The notes below the pieces were generated by a model. It had not been told where the DNA came from, did no database searches, and worked only from the letters and a program-made list of their open reading frames with translations. The position numbers were made by a program, and so were the translations under genes. From Deltaproteobacteria bacterium (GTDB lineage: Bacteria > Myxococcota_A > Polyangia > Polyangiales > Houyiibacteriaceae): a stretch of 64,000 bases of DNA. The stretch's first letter is position 1. Each line of letters starts with the position of its first letter. Shown piece after piece: positions 1 through 13,489 of the stretch. The stretch covers positions 32,001 through 96,000 of the forward strand of contig JAXMNT010000020.1 in assembly GCA_034670305.1 (NCBI GenBank). Reading direction: 5' to 3'.

Positions 1-1
1 G

Positions 2-76
2 GCGCACTTCCACTCGCGCATCGTCGACGACATGGAGCTGCTCTCGTACTGGGCAGTCACCCACGAAGACGAGTAG
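2..76 (+). CDS. 3' end of an unidentified CDS (partial)
   Basis: Open frame AHFHSRIVDDMELLSYWAVTHEDE* with GC3-rich codons running off the window edge. Confidence 0.5.
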   Translation, partial: AHFHSRIVDDMELLSYWAVTHEDE

Positions 77-184
77 CGCTTCACTGCGCCTCGAACAGCA
101 ACACTCCGCATCGGGCAACCCGCACTGCGTCTCGACGGCTCGGTTGCGAGCAAAGGCAAGCGAGGGAGGAAGACCTTCTCCCTC

Positions 185-1006
185 GTGCTCCTTGCCTGCG
201 CGTCGTTCCTCCTCCTCTGGGGATACGGACGCCGGCCAAGCCGCAGCCACGTCAGCGTCGAGTTCGAGGAAGGCGCACGCTACGAGCGCCGCATGGTCGG
301 CGACGCGCTCGTTCACGAGCTCCGGCTCCGACTCGAACGCTTCGAGGTCGTCGTCTCTCGACCAGACTTGGCCCGCGCGCGCGGTCCCGAAGGCGGCCAC
401 GGCTTCCCCGCGCGAACGGTGCGCGAGTTCGCGCGCAGCGAGCGCGTGTTCGCCGCCATCAACGCGAACTTCTTCCATCCGTTCCACTCGAACGCGCCCT
501 GGGACTTCAGTCCGCGGGCCGGTGAAACCAGCTGGCCGATCGGTGACGTGATCTCGGGCGGCGTATCGTACGGAACCGTGGTGACCGATGCCGACGAGCC
601 ATGGCCCGCCGCCTGCTTCGATCGCACCGGCGTCGCCTTCGCGCTCCGCTGCCCCGCCGGGACCGTACACGCGGTCGCCGGCCAGACCTGGCTGGTGCAG
701 GAAGGCGCCGCCGTGCCGCACCGCTCGGACGCGGTCGCACCCCGCACCGCGCTCGGCGTCGACGGTGAGGGCCGGGTCGTCCTGGTGGTCGTTGACGGAC
801 GCCAACCGCTCTACTCGCCCGGCCTGACGCTGGATGCGCTGGCGAGCCACCTCGCCACTCGAAACCTGGTCGACGCGATCAACTTGGACGGCGGCGGCTC
901 TTCGGTCCTCGTGGTCGAGGGCGCGGTGTGGAGCGCGCCCATCCACACGCGCTTGCCGATGCGCATGCGCCCGGTGGCGGTGCAGCTCGGGTTCCGGGCG
1001 CGGTAG
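185..1006 (+). CDS. Phosphodiester glycosidase (NAGPA/DUF2233) family protein
   Basis: AAINANFF, PRTALG, VVDGRQ and AINLDGGGSS motifs; start uncertain. Confidence 0.85.
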   Translation: MLLACASFLLLWGYGRRPSRSHVSVEFEEGARYERRMVGDALVHELRLRLERFEVVVSRPDLARARGPEGGHGFPARTVREFARSERVFAAINANFFHPFHSNAPWDFSPRAGETSWPIGDVISGGVSYGTVVTDADEPWPAACFDRTGVAFALRCPAGTVHAVAGQTWLVQEGAAVPHRSDAVAPRTALGVDGEGRVVLVVVDGRQPLYSPGLTLDALASHLATRNLVDAINLDGGGSSVLVVEGAVWSAPIHTRLPMRMRPVAVQLGFRAR

Positions 1007-1015
1007 GGACAGCGT

Positions 1016-1158
1016 GCTGCTGACTCTGCTGCTGACTCTACTCTGCCGCTGACTCTGCCGCTGACTCTGCCGCTGACTCTGCTGCTGACTCTGCTGCTGA
1101 CTCTGCTGCTGACTCTGCTGCTGACTCTGCTGCTGACTCTGGCTGACTCTGCCGCTGA
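1016..1158. repeat. Imperfect 12-bp tandem repeat (GCTGACTCTGCY), about 12 copies
   Basis: Read directly; lies between convergent genes. Confidence 0.95.
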
Positions 1159-1197
1159 GTCCCCCCACGAGAAGGGGCGCAGCGCTGGAGGATGAAG

Positions 1198-1416
1198 GTC
1201 GGATTCGGCGTCGGCGTCGGCTTCGGCGTCGGCTTCGGCGTCGGCGTCGGCGTCGGCGTCGGCTTCGGCGTCGGTTTCGGCGTCGGTTTCGGCGTCGGTT
1301 TCGGATTCGGCTTCGGCTTCGGCTTCGGCTTCGGCTTCGGCTTCGGCTTCGGCTTCGGCGTCGGCTTCGGATTCGGCGTCGGCTTCGGCGTCGGCTTCGA
1401 CGTCGGCTTCGGCTTC
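1198..1416. repeat. Hexamer array (GTCGGC/TTCGGC/TTCGGA), about 36 units
   Basis: Read directly; ends just before the sufT stop. Confidence 0.95.
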
Positions 1417-1429
1417 CGCCTCTCCGCGC

Positions 1430-1892
1430 CTACAGCAGGCCGAGTTCCAGCAGCGCTTCGTCCGTCATCCGGTCTTTGGTCCAGGGCGGATCCCAGACCA
1501 GCTGCACGTGGCTGCGCGCGACACCCTTCGTCCCGCCGACCTTCTCAGCCACATCGCGCACGATCTGACCTGCGACCGGACACGCCGGCGCGGTGAGGGT
1601 CATGCGCACTTCCACGTCCGCTCCGTCGACGAGGATCTCGTAGATGAGCCCGAGGTCGAAGACGTTCAGCGGGATCTCGGGATCGTAGATGGTGCGCAAG
1701 GTGTCGACGACGCGCTCTTTGAGCACCTCGGGTTCGACGACTTCGGCCGTCGAACCCGAGCCCCCGAAGGCTTCGTCGAGATCCTCGTCCCCCGCTTCCG
1801 GCGGTGGAGGCCCAGCGACCGGCAGGTGCACGCGCTTCTTCGCACCGGTCTTGGGCGGGATCTTGTGGACCTTCAGGTCCTCGATGTCGAAG

Positions 1893-1900
<8 letters not shown>
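1430..1900 (-). CDS. sufT: SUF Fe-S assembly protein SufT (DUF59)
   Basis: [35 protein letters not shown] at 1900 overlaps the sufS stop (alternative start 1927). Confidence 0.88.
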
Positions 1901-3193
<1,293 letters not shown>

Positions 3194-3197
<4 letters not shown>

Positions 3198-4341
3198 GCC
3201 TCTGCCCCGGAGACACTGTCCTCGAGTTCGGACGCACCGCTCATCGAGAGGCCCCGGTCCACGAGCGCGCGCCGCAGCTCGGTGAGCACCTCCGGCACCT
3301 GGACGTCGTCGAGCACGGCGCGCAGAAACGCGTCGGTCAACATCGCTCGGGCGGTGTCGTGCGGGATGCCGCGCGACCGAAGGTAGAAGAGCGCGTCCGG
3401 GTCGAGCGCGCCGGCGGTGGCGCCGTGACTCGCGACGACGTCGTCGTTGTTGATCTCGAGGTGCGGCTTGGTGTGCAGCGTCGCGCGGTCGCTGAGGAGC
3501 AGGTTGCCGTTCGACTGATGGCACTCGCTGCCGGGTGCGTCCTTGCCGACGATCGACTGCCCGTCGAAGACCGCGCTGCCTTTGCCGTCGAGCACACCGC
3601 GGTAGACCTGGTGGCTCGTGTTCTTCGGTCCGATGTGGTCGATGAAGACGTGATGATCCACGTGTTCGCCGTCGGTCACGTGGTACGCGCCTTCGGTGGT
3701 CGCCTGCGCGCCGGGCCCATGAAGCGCGACGCGAAGATCGAGCCGCACGAGCGCACCGCCGAACGAGAACACCCGCGACCCGTACGACGTGTCCCGCTTC
3801 TGATGCACCGCCAGCGTGCCGACGTGTTGGTCGAGTCCGAGATGCAGCCGGGTGTGATCGACGATCGCCCCGTCTTCCAGAACGACTTCCGTCACCACGT
3901 TCACGAGTCCGGCGCCCGGCTCGTACCGTTCGACCAGCGTGAGCTCGCAGTGTTTCTCGGCGATCACCAGGATGCGCGGATGCGTGATCCGACCTTCGCC
4001 GGCCGCGCCGATGCGCAGCGTGACGGTCGCGCGGTCCGCACCGGTCGCGCGCACGACGAGCACCTTCTCGTGCCGCACCGTGTTCAGCGCGGCGAAGTGC
4101 AGCGACTCCGCGATCGTGCCGACGAGTTCATGCGCGTCCACCCACTCGGCGGTGACTCCGTCCCGCAACGTGAGGTCGATGTGCGGCGCGACTTCGACCC
4201 GGGCCGCATCGACGAGGTGCCGCACGGAGGTGAAGCGCCACGCTTCGGTCTTCTTGGTCGGCAGCCCGCTCTGAAGCGCCGCGGCCGCCTGGGCCCGCAA
4301 CGGTTCGGTGGGCGCGTCCGCCAGTACGTCGAGCAAGCCCA

Positions 4342-4342
<1 letters not shown>
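3194..4342 (-). CDS. sufD: Fe-S assembly protein SufD
   Basis: EAWRFT, TKPHLEINNDDVVASHGAT, LFYLRSRGI; operon position. Confidence 0.92.
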
Positions 4343-5118
<776 letters not shown>

Positions 5119-5219
5119 GTTCGTTCGTTCTCTCTTCAGGGCGCGCGCACTGGAGCGGGCGCGGAAATCAGGAATGGGAAACTGGGGAGGTGCGCAGGGC
5201 ACCTCGGAAACGGTCTGGC

Positions 5220-6706
<1,487 letters not shown>

Positions 6707-6710
<4 letters not shown>

Positions 6711-7207
6711 GGTGTCCCTGTGGCGTCCGATGGGACGGACGCGGATGCTGGTGTGTGGGTCGCGCGGTCGGCGGGTTTGGAGGTGATGGTGACGAGGCGC
6801 AACGTGGAGCGGGCCATGTCGGCCAGACTGATGTGCGAGAGCGCGCTCTCGACCGCTTCGTTGATCTTCTGCCAGTTGGCGCGGACGCCGCAGTTGGTCT
6901 CGTGCATGCACGCGGTCTCGCTCAGATCGTCGGTGCACTCGGTGACCGCGATCGGTCCCTCGAGCGCCGTGATGACCTCACCGATGGTGATGGCCCCAGC
7001 CGAGCGTGCGAGCGCGTAGCCACCGAGGGCACCGCGGGTCGAGACGACCAGATCTGCGGCGCCAAGTGCTTTGAGCACCTTGGCGGCGGTCGGCTGCGGG
7101 ATGCCGGTCTCGCCCGCGAGCGCCCGCACCGAGCGCGGCCCATCGAGCCCCGCCAGGTGGGTGGCGAGCACGACGCCGTAGTCGGTCATTTTGGAGATTC
7201 GGAGCAT
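6707..7207 (-). CDS. Rrf2-family SUF regulator
   Basis: [30 protein letters not shown] plus two more Cys; first gene of the suf operon. Confidence 0.92.
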
Positions 7208-7229
7208 AGACGCGGCGCGGACCCATAGA

Positions 7230-7275
7230 GGACCGCATTGGTCCGATATCTAAGCGCCCCGCCCAGGCGCGTCAA
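7230..7275 (-). promoter_or_regulatory. suf promoter (TTGACG-17-TAGATA) with GGACC-N5-GGTCC palindrome near the predicted start site
   Basis: -35 at 7270-7275, -10 at 7247-7252, palindrome at 7230-7244. Confidence 0.65.
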
Positions 7276-7392
7276 GCACAGTGGTGCAATGCGTCTCGCG
7301 CGCGGGTCTGGAGGGCGCGAGCCCGCAGGCTTCCTCAGGCGCATGCCGAGCACCACTGGCGCCGAAGTCGCTGGGAGCGCATCCTCGTCGCG

Positions 7393-8547
7393 ATGGGAGA
7401 ACTGGGGACTTCGCGTCGGCACGCCCGCATCGGCTTGCTCCGATTGGTTTCGATCTTCGCGGGGTGCCTGCTCGCGCACCAGGTGTCGGCACAGACACCC
7501 GCGGATCCGCCGAACCCGTTCGAATCGTCGCCGGACGGGGGCACCCCCGACGCGGGCGATCCGCCCGACGAGCACAACCCGTTCGCGGTCACGCCCGATC
7601 CCAACGCCGGCGGTGAAGGCCATGGGGACGGAACCTGCGTGCCCGACTGCGAGGCCGGGTTCGCCTGCTACCACGGGCAGTGCATCTCGCGGTGCAACCC
7701 CGCTTGCCCGCAGAACCAGGTGTGCGGCTCCGACGCCCAGTGCCACCCCGACCCAGGCGGCTGCCCCTCCGGATCGGTCCGGACCGCTTCCGGTACATGC
7801 GCGTCCACCACCCCGCCTCCGCCGCCCTGTCCGCAGGGCATGATCCGCACCGCGGCCGGCACCTGCGCGCCGGGTGGACCGCCACCGAACTACGGAACGC
7901 CGGCACCGACGTACGCACGCCCCGTGATCCGCAGCACGCCGAGGGCCACGCTTCGAAGCCGTGCGCGCACCCGCGGTGTCGTGGGGTTGGTCGGCGCCGC
8001 GCTCGTGCTCGGAACGGGCTTCGCGGCGGCCGCGTTCCACGGCCAGGCCGGTGGCTGCGACAGCCCGACCTTCGACATCTGCTATCCCCCCGACCACGTC
8101 ACGTTGCCGCAGCTGCCCCTCGTCGGCATCTCCCTGGTCTCGCAGGTGGCCTTCGGGATCCTCGCGGCCGGCGGTGGCCGCGCCGCACGACAAGGCGGCA
8201 GCACCTCCACGAAGGTGTTCGGGATCCTCGGGTGGGTGACCTGGGCCGGCAGCTTGGCCGGCAACCTCGCGGTGTTCCTCAGCCACGCCATCGCCGCCAC
8301 CGACGACGAGCCGTCGGCGCTTCCGACCGGCGTCATGTACCTGCTCAGCGCCATCGGGGGCATCTCCCTCATCCTCTTCGGCCTCGACGGATTGCTCGGT
8401 GCGAGCGGGGTGCCGGACGACGAAGCCGCAGAAGACGAGAGCGCGACGTCCGCGCAATGGACACCCCAGCTCTCCATCGCACCCGAGCTCACCAGTCAGG
8501 GCGTGCAGGGCATGCGCGGCACGCTCGGCGCGCATCTGACGTTCTGA
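7393..8547 (+). CDS. Exported Cys-rich/Pro-rich protein with several C-terminal hydrophobic segments
   Basis: Signal-like N-terminus, Cys-rich block, about 4 hydrophobic stretches, C-terminal Phe. Confidence 0.7.
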   Translation: MGELGTSRRHARIGLLRLVSIFAGCLLAHQVSAQTPADPPNPFESSPDGGTPDAGDPPDEHNPFAVTPDPNAGGEGHGDGTCVPDCEAGFACYHGQCISRCNPACPQNQVCGSDAQCHPDPGGCPSGSVRTASGTCASTTPPPPPCPQGMIRTAAGTCAPGGPPPNYGTPAPTYARPVIRSTPRATLRSRARTRGVVGLVGAALVLGTGFAAAAFHGQAGGCDSPTFDICYPPDHVTLPQLPLVGISLVSQVAFGILAAGGGRAARQGGSTSTKVFGILGWVTWAGSLAGNLAVFLSHAIAATDDEPSALPTGVMYLLSAIGGISLILFGLDGLLGASGVPDDEAAEDESATSAQWTPQLSIAPELTSQGVQGMRGTLGAHLTF

Positions 8548-8561
8548 GTTACCCTGTTCGG

Positions 8562-10685
8562 GTGAAGTCCACCTTGTTCGCCCGCGTGGCCGCAGCGCTG
8601 CTTGGTGTGGTGACGGCGATTGGCGGCGTGGGCTGCAGCGACGACGGCGGCCTCGAACTCTTCGTCGATCTGAAGACCGACCTCGTCGCGGCCGCGGAGT
8701 TCGATTCGGTGCGGGTCGAGCTGGTCGGCGAGGGCGCGTTCGACGACGCGAGTGCGTCCCGCGGCGACGCGTTTCAAGAGGGCCGGCGCGTGGCGGAGTT
8801 CGGCGCGCTCCCCCCGAACGAGTCCCGCAGCGTGCGGGTGCGGCTGACCCGGAGCGGTGCGCCCGTGGCAGAGCGCGTGGTCGCGTTGCGGCAACTCGAG
8901 AGCCGGAGCATCACCATCGTCGTCACCCGCAGCTGCGTAGACGTGATGTGCGGCGCGGACGAGAGCTGCCACGGTGGCCGTTGCGTGGCGCCGGAGTGTG
9001 TGACCGGTGCCGAACCGGTGTGCCCAGAACCCGAGTGTCGAACCGCAGCGGAGTGTACGGGCGCCGACGCGTGCGCCATGGGGGTCTGCGAAGACGCGGT
9101 GTGTCTCTTCGTCGACGCCGACCGATGCACGCCATCCGAGTACTGCGACCCGGACGTCGGCTGTGTGCTGCTCGACGTCGACGATGGCGGACCGGGCGAT
9201 GGTGGACCCGATGCCGGAGATGGCGGCGCGGACGCGGGCGGCATCGACGCAGGTGGCATGGACGCCGGGACGATGGACGCCGGCGCCGGCGACGTGGTTC
9301 CGCGTCCCTTCTGGCCGCCCAACGGCCACCCCACAGGCAGCGTGCACGCACCGGCCGACGCCGACGTGCTGCGCCCTACCCTCCGCTGGTCACCCGCGAT
9401 CGATGCGGTGGAGTACGAAGTCGAGGTCTCGGACGACTGCGGCGCCTCCGACGCGCTCGACTGCGCGTTTCCGACCGTGACCGAGCGGACCCGCACATCG
9501 GCCACCTCGCTGCGAACGATGACGCTGGCCGTCTCGATGGTCGTGCCGGTCGGGCGTCGCTACCACTGGCGGGTGCGCGCGTGCGATGCCGCCACCTGCG
9601 GCGCCTGGAGCGCCGTTCGATGGTTCGACGCGGGGCGACTGACCTACGACGTCAACGGCGACGGGTACGACGACATCGCGGTCGGGGCGCGGTTCGCGGT
9701 GACGCTCCACCCGGGTTCCCCGGAGAAGCGGTTCGTCACCAGCACCAACTTCCCGAACCCAGGGGCGGACGACGTGTCGGGCTACGGGGAGGCGATCCAC
9801 TTCGACGACTTCAGCGGCGACGGATTTCGCGACGTGGTGGTGGGCGCTTACGCCGACGGCGGCGTGGGCAGCGTGTTCCTGCACCGAGGCCAAGCCTCCG
9901 GGCTCGGGATCGCGACTCGGATCCCGGCGCCGGCGGGCACGGCCATCGAGGCCGAGTTCGGCCGGCGGCTCTGCAGTGGTGACATGGACGGTGACGGCAT
10001 CGCGGACCTCGCGGTGGCGGGCGCGCGGGTCAGCTGGTGGATCCCAGGGGGGCCGACGCCCTCGGCCTTGCCGCTCGGCTCGTTCGTTGTCGAGGGCTGC
10101 GCCGATCTCGACGAAGACGGCTACCAGGATCTCTTCGGCGGCGGAGACGTCCTTTGGGGCGGTCCCGGAGGTCCCGAGACCCGCCCGACGGTGGTTCCCT
10201 CGAACCTCTCGTTTGCGATTGGCGACCTCACCGGCGACGGGCACGTCGAGCTGGTGGGCCGGGGCGACTCGAACGTGCCGATCTACCGAACCGGGTCCGA
10301 GATCGTCCCACTCGGCAACTTGGACGTGGGCATGAACTGCCTCGAGCACCAGACCGGCGCGATCCTCGACATCGACGGCGACGGCCGCAACGAAGCGCTG
10401 GTCTCGGTGCCGGGCGCGTCCCCCGATCAGGGTGCGCTCTATTGGATTCGGTTCGTCGGCGTCGACTTCGTCTCCGCGCCCTTCTCGGTCTGCACCGGCG
10501 ACTGCCAGCAGGGCACCGCGCTCTCAGTCGGACTCGACCGCAACGGAGATGGTCTCGGAGACGTCGCCGTCGGCGCGCCCGGGAGAACCTGGATCACTTC
10601 CGTCTATGGGCCGGCGGTCGGCTCCCCGAACCTCGTGAACTCGATGCGGAGTGGCCTGTTCACCCACTACGGCCTAGCGCTCTAA
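8562..10685 (+). CDS. FG-GAP repeat lipoprotein (Cys-rich, FN3-like region, integrin-like propeller)
   Basis: VGC-SDD lipobox, DxNGDGxxD repeats, YHWRVRAC; GTG 8562 is in frame with the long ORF. Confidence 0.85.
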   Translation: MKSTLFARVAAALLGVVTAIGGVGCSDDGGLELFVDLKTDLVAAAEFDSVRVELVGEGAFDDASASRGDAFQEGRRVAEFGALPPNESRSVRVRLTRSGAPVAERVVALRQLESRSITIVVTRSCVDVMCGADESCHGGRCVAPECVTGAEPVCPEPECRTAAECTGADACAMGVCEDAVCLFVDADRCTPSEYCDPDVGCVLLDVDDGGPGDGGPDAGDGGADAGGIDAGGMDAGTMDAGAGDVVPRPFWPPNGHPTGSVHAPADADVLRPTLRWSPAIDAVEYEVEVSDDCGASDALDCAFPTVTERTRTSATSLRTMTLAVSMVVPVGRRYHWRVRACDAATCGAWSAVRWFDAGRLTYDVNGDGYDDIAVGARFAVTLHPGSPEKRFVTSTNFPNPGADDVSGYGEAIHFDDFSGDGFRDVVVGAYADGGVGSVFLHRGQASGLGIATRIPAPAGTAIEAEFGRRLCSGDMDGDGIADLAVAGARVSWWIPGGPTPSALPLGSFVVEGCADLDEDGYQDLFGGGDVLWGGPGGPETRPTVVPSNLSFAIGDLTGDGHVELVGRGDSNVPIYRTGSEIVPLGNLDVGMNCLEHQTGAILDIDGDGRNEALVSVPGASPDQGALYWIRFVGVDFVSAPFSVCTGDCQQGTALSVGLDRNGDGLGDVAVGAPGRTWITSVYGPAVGSPNLVNSMRSGLFTHYGLAL

Positions 10686-10768
10686 CCGAGCTGGCCGGTT
10701 CCCCCCGACGCCCTCTGCCGACCGATCGAAAGTGAGCGGGGTTCGGGCGTCGCTGCTACCCTGTTCGG

Positions 10769-12841
10769 GTGAGTCGGGGGATTCGTTGGTTGGGGCTTCG
10801 CGTGCTGTGTGGCGCGCTCGCATTCGGATCCGCCAGCTGCGGCGACGACGGCCTCGAACTCTTCGTCGACCTCAAGACCGACTTGGTGCCCGACGTGGAG
10901 TTCGTCGATGTGCAGGTGCTCCTGCTCGGCGAAGGGGCGTTCGTCGAGACCCCAGCCCTCGGCGGCTTTCCCTTCGACGAAGGCCAGCGGGTCGCGGAGT
11001 TCGATGGGCTCGGCGCCAACCCGACGCGCGGCGTGCGGGTGGTGCTGCTCGACGCCGAACGGCGGACCGTCGCCGAACGCGAGATCGTCGTGCAGCACAC
11101 CGCGAGTCGAAGCGTGACGTTGCTCGTCACCCGCGACTGCCGCGACGTCACCTGTCCTGAGGGTGACACCTGCTACGGCGGACGCTGCGTCGATCCGGGG
11201 TGCGTGACCGGCAACGAGCCGGAGTGTCCGGAGCCCGAGTGCGAGCGCAACCTCGACTGTCCCAACATGGACGCGTGTGCGATCGCCCGCTGCGAGTCCT
11301 CGGTCTGCGTCTACGTGTCGGGCGGCCTGTGCGCCCCAACCGAGTACTGCGACCCCGGCCTCGGCTGCACGGCGCTGCCCGATCCCGTTGACGCCGGTCC
11401 CCGAGACGCGGGCGCCGACGCACCCTCGGCTTTGCCGGCGCCTCAGCCCTTCGCTCCACCAAACGGACACCCGACCGGCAGCGTGCACGCACCAGCGGCG
11501 GATGTTCGCCAGCTCACGCTGCGCTGGGAGCCCGTCGCCGGCGCAGCCATGTACGACGTGGAGATCACCGACGAGTGCGACCCGGGGAGCTACCGCACGT
11601 GTCCGTTCGCCTCACCAAGTTTCGGCGGCGCCATCAGCGCACCTCTCTACATCACCGCGGAGCTCCCCGTCTCGACGACGCCGCCCGTCGGCACCCGATA
11701 CTACTGGCGCGTGCGCGCGTGCCGCGTGTTCGGAGAGGCGGACACCTGCGCGGGCTGGAGCGACGTGCGCTACGTCGACGTCGGCCGACTGACCTACGAC
11801 GTCAACGGCGACGGATACGACGACCTGTTGGCGGGTGGGCGGTACGCGGTGGTCGAGTACCTCGGTGGCCCGGGCGGGCTCGGCGGCCCCCGCGTCTTGG
11901 CCAACCCCGTGCCGGACTCGACCAGTGGCTACGGACGCACCGTGCGGTTCGACGACTTCAACGCGGACGGCTACCGCGACGCATTGGTGGGCGCGCCGTT
12001 CGACCGCGGGTTCGGCGCGGTGATGCTTCACCTCGGCGGACCGACCGGGCTTGGCGCGGCGACCGTGCGACAGAACCCGCCTGCCTCCGAGCTCAACGAC
12101 TTCTTCGGCGACGAACTGTGCAGCGGAGACTTCGACGGAGACGGCTACGCCGACGTGGCGGTGGGATCCTTGAGCGGCACCTGGTGGTACCGCGGCGGCA
12201 CCGCCGTCGAGACCACGGCGCGACTCGTCGAGATGCGTGGATTCGGCGGCGGCTGCGCCGACGCGAACGGCGACGGATACCAGGACCTCCTGGGCGGGCG
12301 GGTCGCGCTCGGTGGACCGGGCGGTCCGGTGCCGAGTGCGGGCACCGTGGGGAACAATGTGCTCGGCGATCTCGATGGGGACGGTCGAGTGGAGATGAGC
12401 GGAACGGGCGATACGAACTCCCGGCTCTACACCCTCGACGGCTCGATGGACGCGACCGACCTCGGCTTCACCGGCGCGGGCATGGGTACGGTGGACCACC
12501 AGGTGGGCGCCGTGCTCGACATGGATGGCGACGGAAGCGGCGACGCGATCCTGGCTTGGCCCGGCCCGAGCGGAGACAGCCAGGGAGACGTGTGGCGGGT
12601 GCCCTTCAGCGGGCTCACCCCGCAACCCGCCGTGGTCCTCAATCCATGCACCGGCGCCTGCCGACAAGGCTGGGCGATCAGCGCCGGCGCCGACTACAAC
12701 GGCGACGGCTTCGGCGACGCGGCGGTCAGCTACCACGTGGCGGAGGGTGTGAGCGTCTACCTCGGCCGGTCCGGTGCGGCCCCCACCGAAGTGCGACTGA
12801 CCAACCCGGGCGGGTTCACGGACTTCGGCACCGCGCTTTAG
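10769..12841 (+). CDS. FG-GAP repeat lipoprotein, tandem paralog
   Basis: ASC-GDD lipobox; shares GLELFVDLKTDLV, PPNGHPTGSVHAPA, GRLTYDVNGDGYDD with the upstream gene. Confidence 0.87.
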   Translation: MSRGIRWLGLRVLCGALAFGSASCGDDGLELFVDLKTDLVPDVEFVDVQVLLLGEGAFVETPALGGFPFDEGQRVAEFDGLGANPTRGVRVVLLDAERRTVAEREIVVQHTASRSVTLLVTRDCRDVTCPEGDTCYGGRCVDPGCVTGNEPECPEPECERNLDCPNMDACAIARCESSVCVYVSGGLCAPTEYCDPGLGCTALPDPVDAGPRDAGADAPSALPAPQPFAPPNGHPTGSVHAPAADVRQLTLRWEPVAGAAMYDVEITDECDPGSYRTCPFASPSFGGAISAPLYITAELPVSTTPPVGTRYYWRVRACRVFGEADTCAGWSDVRYVDVGRLTYDVNGDGYDDLLAGGRYAVVEYLGGPGGLGGPRVLANPVPDSTSGYGRTVRFDDFNADGYRDALVGAPFDRGFGAVMLHLGGPTGLGAATVRQNPPASELNDFFGDELCSGDFDGDGYADVAVGSLSGTWWYRGGTAVETTARLVEMRGFGGGCADANGDGYQDLLGGRVALGGPGGPVPSAGTVGNNVLGDLDGDGRVEMSGTGDTNSRLYTLDGSMDATDLGFTGAGMGTVDHQVGAVLDMDGDGSGDAILAWPGPSGDSQGDVWRVPFSGLTPQPAVVLNPCTGACRQGWAISAGADYNGDGFGDAAVSYHVAEGVSVYLGRSGAAPTEVRLTNPGGFTDFGTAL

Positions 12842-12900
12842 CAGGTCGCTGAAAAGCGACCTGCTCCCTTGCCGTTGCCCTTGCCCGTGCCCTTGCCCGC
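12839..12900 (+). repeat. TAG-anchored element copy 1: IS5-like end forming an 11-bp hairpin, then (TTGCCC)n
   Basis: TAG CAGGTCGCT GAAA AGCGACCTGCT CCC TTGCCG TTGCCC...; starts on the stop codon of the upstream gene. Confidence 0.8.
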
Positions 12901-12987
12901 GTCGTGGACGCCGTGTGTTTCGCGACGGCGAGGCCGCGAATCGGAGCCCGATGCCCAGCGGACGAAGCCGCCGGGCATCGGTCGGTG

Positions 12988-13366
12988 CTACGCGGCGCAG
13001 CTCCGCAGCCGCGCGACGCGTAGGAGGTTGTATGCGGCGCCGGCCAGGTAGGCGGCGAACTGTGTCTTGCGTCTGCCTCGATATTCGACGCGGCGAAGCC
13101 GAGCGAAGCGAGCAAGCCGTGTCACGGACGGGGTTTGGGGGCCGTGCCCCCAAGAATATTCGACGCGGCGAAGCCGAGCGAAGCGAGCAAGCCGTATCAC
13201 CGGGACGGGGTTTGGGGGCTGTGCCCCCAAGAAATATCGCGTGCGCCTGAGTCCCCCGACGCTCTTGAGCCATCCGAAGATCGTCTCGATGCGCATCCGG
13301 ATGCGCTGGCTGATCGCGTAGTCGGCGTGCCATGTCGTACGCCCGTCGATCGCCGAGCGTCGTCTC
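12988..13366 (-). pseudogene. IS5-family transposase C-terminal remnant with a 153-bp in-frame insertion
   Basis: SAIDGRTTWHADYAISQRIRMRIETIFGWLKSVGGLRRTRY|RGRRKTQFAAYLAGAAYNLLR; no N-terminal part found. Confidence 0.8.
13081..13237. repeat. Two tandem REP/MITE-like units (75 and 78 bp) delimited by ATAT
   Basis: ATAT at 13081, 13156, 13234; unit contains CGAGCGAAGCGAG and a TTGGGGGC-YGT-GCCCCCAA hairpin. Confidence 0.9.
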
Positions 13367-13375
13367 GCGTGCTCG

Positions 13376-13439
13376 CGCTTTGAACTGCCGTGTTCGAAGC
13401 GGCGCCGTTCGTTGCCCGGCTCAGCACTGAGGCGCAGCG
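13376..13439. repeat. Left arm of imperfect inverted repeat flanking the RAYT gene
   Basis: TTGAACTGCCGTGTTCG and CGCCGTTCGTTGCCCGGC blocks match the reverse complement of 14289-14352. Confidence 0.85.
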
Positions 13440-13489
13440 CCGGGGCTTCGCTCCGCGTGGTTTGAGAGGTGGCTGCGCTTGAAGGTTGA

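Noticed and set aside
1192-1596. [13 protein letters not shown]...
   Set aside because: Translation of a hexamer array running antisense into sufT; GGAGG abuts the ATG.
7680-8561. Extension of the first FG-GAP ORF
   Set aside because: Overlaps the upstream gene in another frame; signal peptide begins at 8562, matching the paralog.
13081-13237. Possible CRISPR array
   Set aside because: Only two near-identical 75-78 bp units, no unique spacers, no cas genes.
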